This document shows, in pieces, positions 62,563-64,000 of a stretch of 64,000 nt of DNA. The stretch comes from Psilocybe cubensis (lineage: Eukaryota). The number at the start of each line of letters is the position of its first letter. Position 1 is the stretch's first letter. Made by a program: the position numbers and the translations under genes. The notes under the pieces are model-generated. The model had not been told where the DNA came from. It made no database searches and was given only the letters and a program-made list of their open reading frames with translations. The stretch lies in contig CM039001.1 of assembly GCA_017499595.2 (NCBI GenBank), positions 3,658,001-3,722,000 on the forward strand, in the 5' to 3' direction.

Positions 62563-64000
62563 ATGTTGGACGAATCGCCACCGACAAATTTGTCCGCCCA
62601 CACCAGCCCAATTTCTCCAGACCAGCCAGTACCACCCCCGAATCCTGCCACAGGAAAGCTCTTCCTCAAAATATCCCACGACAAAATCATGAATCTTCGT
62701 CCTCGACGTTCTTCCAGCTATGCCTCTGGCTCAGAGTATCACGTCAGCGAAAAATCTGTCAACATGGATGATGCAGGCGACGATGATCAGCCCGAGGAAC
62801 CAGCGCCTGAACCCGAAAAGATGGTGACTCGACATGGGAGGAAAACCCTCAAAGTTACATACGCCGAGAGCAGCGAGAACGACGGGGAAGACGAAGACGA
62901 AGAGGCTATTCCACCAGCTTCCGACCTCTTTGACGTTGACGATAACAAAGTGCGGAGAGTGACTAGACAGACTGCTCGAAGGAATGTGATTCGCGACGAG
63001 GATGACGAGGATGAGTCCCCGCCGAATCACGGGAGGAAGAAGAAAGAATCTGATCTCGACGGGTTTATCGTACAGGACGAGGATGACGGGTTCACTGGGC
63101 CCGCCACCCGCAGTAGACTTTCTCGCACCAGATCGGGGAATGCACCTCCCCCTTTGACACAGAAGGAGAAGGAGGCCAAAGAAAGACAGAAACAGCGAGC
63201 ACAGCGATCACAAAGATTAACTCGCAGGGCAGCTTCTCGAGCAGAACAAAAGTCTGAGCAGGATTTCGAGCCAGATCATAGTTCCTCGCCTGGGTCTGCT
63301 GATGCGGACGGCTCTATCGACGACGTTGCTCAGTCCTCCGACTTGGAGATGGAACCCGAGCCAGAACCCGAACCCGACCCGGAAGACGAGGGAGATGGCA
63401 AGCCGTATGCTCTCAGACGCAGGAAGGACATCAACTACGCCATCCCGCCACCTCTCGAAGATTTGGTCAAACCCCCTCCACGTCAGGGAGGAGGCAAAAA
63501 TGGAAGGAGTTCCGGTGGCGGTGGGAAAGGGAGACCACGCCTTGGATGGAGTGCCAGTGGTAAAGAGCTCACGAAGTGGATGGATGGGCCAGGGCGCGGG
63601 GATGATTCTGTGAGTCCTTTTGCTACTCCTTTTCCATCATTTCTCCATTTTTGCTTGCTTTCTTATGTGATTATCTCCACATCACCAGGACTCTGATTAC
63701 CCAACAAGGACACCGAGGAAACCATTTGGTGGCATTGCACCTTTTGGAGCTGGCGCTGTAGCAGGCGGTGGTATGATTGGTGACCTCGCTGCAGGAGGAA
63801 CACCTTCAAATCTGGGGAAAATTGGCGACTCTGGTAATGCTTTATTCTGATCAGGGGTGGCAAATTGAAATTTATGGTTATTTTCGGACACAGCCCTTGC
63901 GGACGCCGATCCACTAGGCGTTAACCAAAACGTCACTTTCGATGAAGTTGGCGGGTTAGACGATCGTACGTCATTTCAAAAAAGTATCGGTTTAAATTAG
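62563..64000 (+). CDS. YTA7: ATAD2/Yta7-type AAA+ ATPase-bromodomain protein, 5' part only
   Basis: Long acidic/basic disordered N-terminus, YALRRRKDINYAIPPP and AGGTPSNLGK, then LADADPLGVNQNVTFDEVGGLD, the entry to the first AAA domain. Runs off the window. Confidence 0.88.

Noticed and set aside
1-64000. CRISPR arrays, rRNA/tRNA genes and prokaryotic operons
   Set aside because: None seen; the window is spliceosomal-intron-rich fungal DNA with no regularly spaced direct repeats.

Overview
Eukaryotic, intron-rich DNA with short (~50-60 nt) GT-AG introns and gene families typical of a mushroom-forming basidiomycete (Agaricomycetes; the species cannot be determined from sequence alone). About 20 protein-coding genes. 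The gene-dense left part holds a DUF6533 membrane protein, a DUF6697 protein, cyclin C/SSN8, an F-box protein, a secreted Pro/Lys-rich protein, a large low-complexity protein, a carboxylesterase, an LRR protein, a membrane protein, an alpha/beta-hydrolase, two tandem SAMHD1-like HD-domain dNTPases, URB1/NPA1 and MGMT. The gene-sparse right part (~41.4-62.5 kb) holds a P450 / UbiA-type terpene synthase-like / P450 trio, two non-autonomous DNA transposons, a ferric reductase and an intronless CDC123-like ATP-grasp gene, followed by the 5' end of YTA7. Best leads: (1) a candidate non-canonical terpenoid cluster in which one P450 lacks the conserved I-helix Thr; (2) a secreted protein whose core aligns by eye with MazF/PemK endoribonucleases; (3) the intronless R2K/CDC123-like enzyme; (4) the diverged SAMHD1 tandem pair; (5) a cryptic MADS-box-like segment. 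All gene models were spliced by hand, so boundaries are approximate and family calls come from motif recognition, not database searches. Several +1 homopolymer insertions at 30.1-32.6 kb are probably assembly errors.
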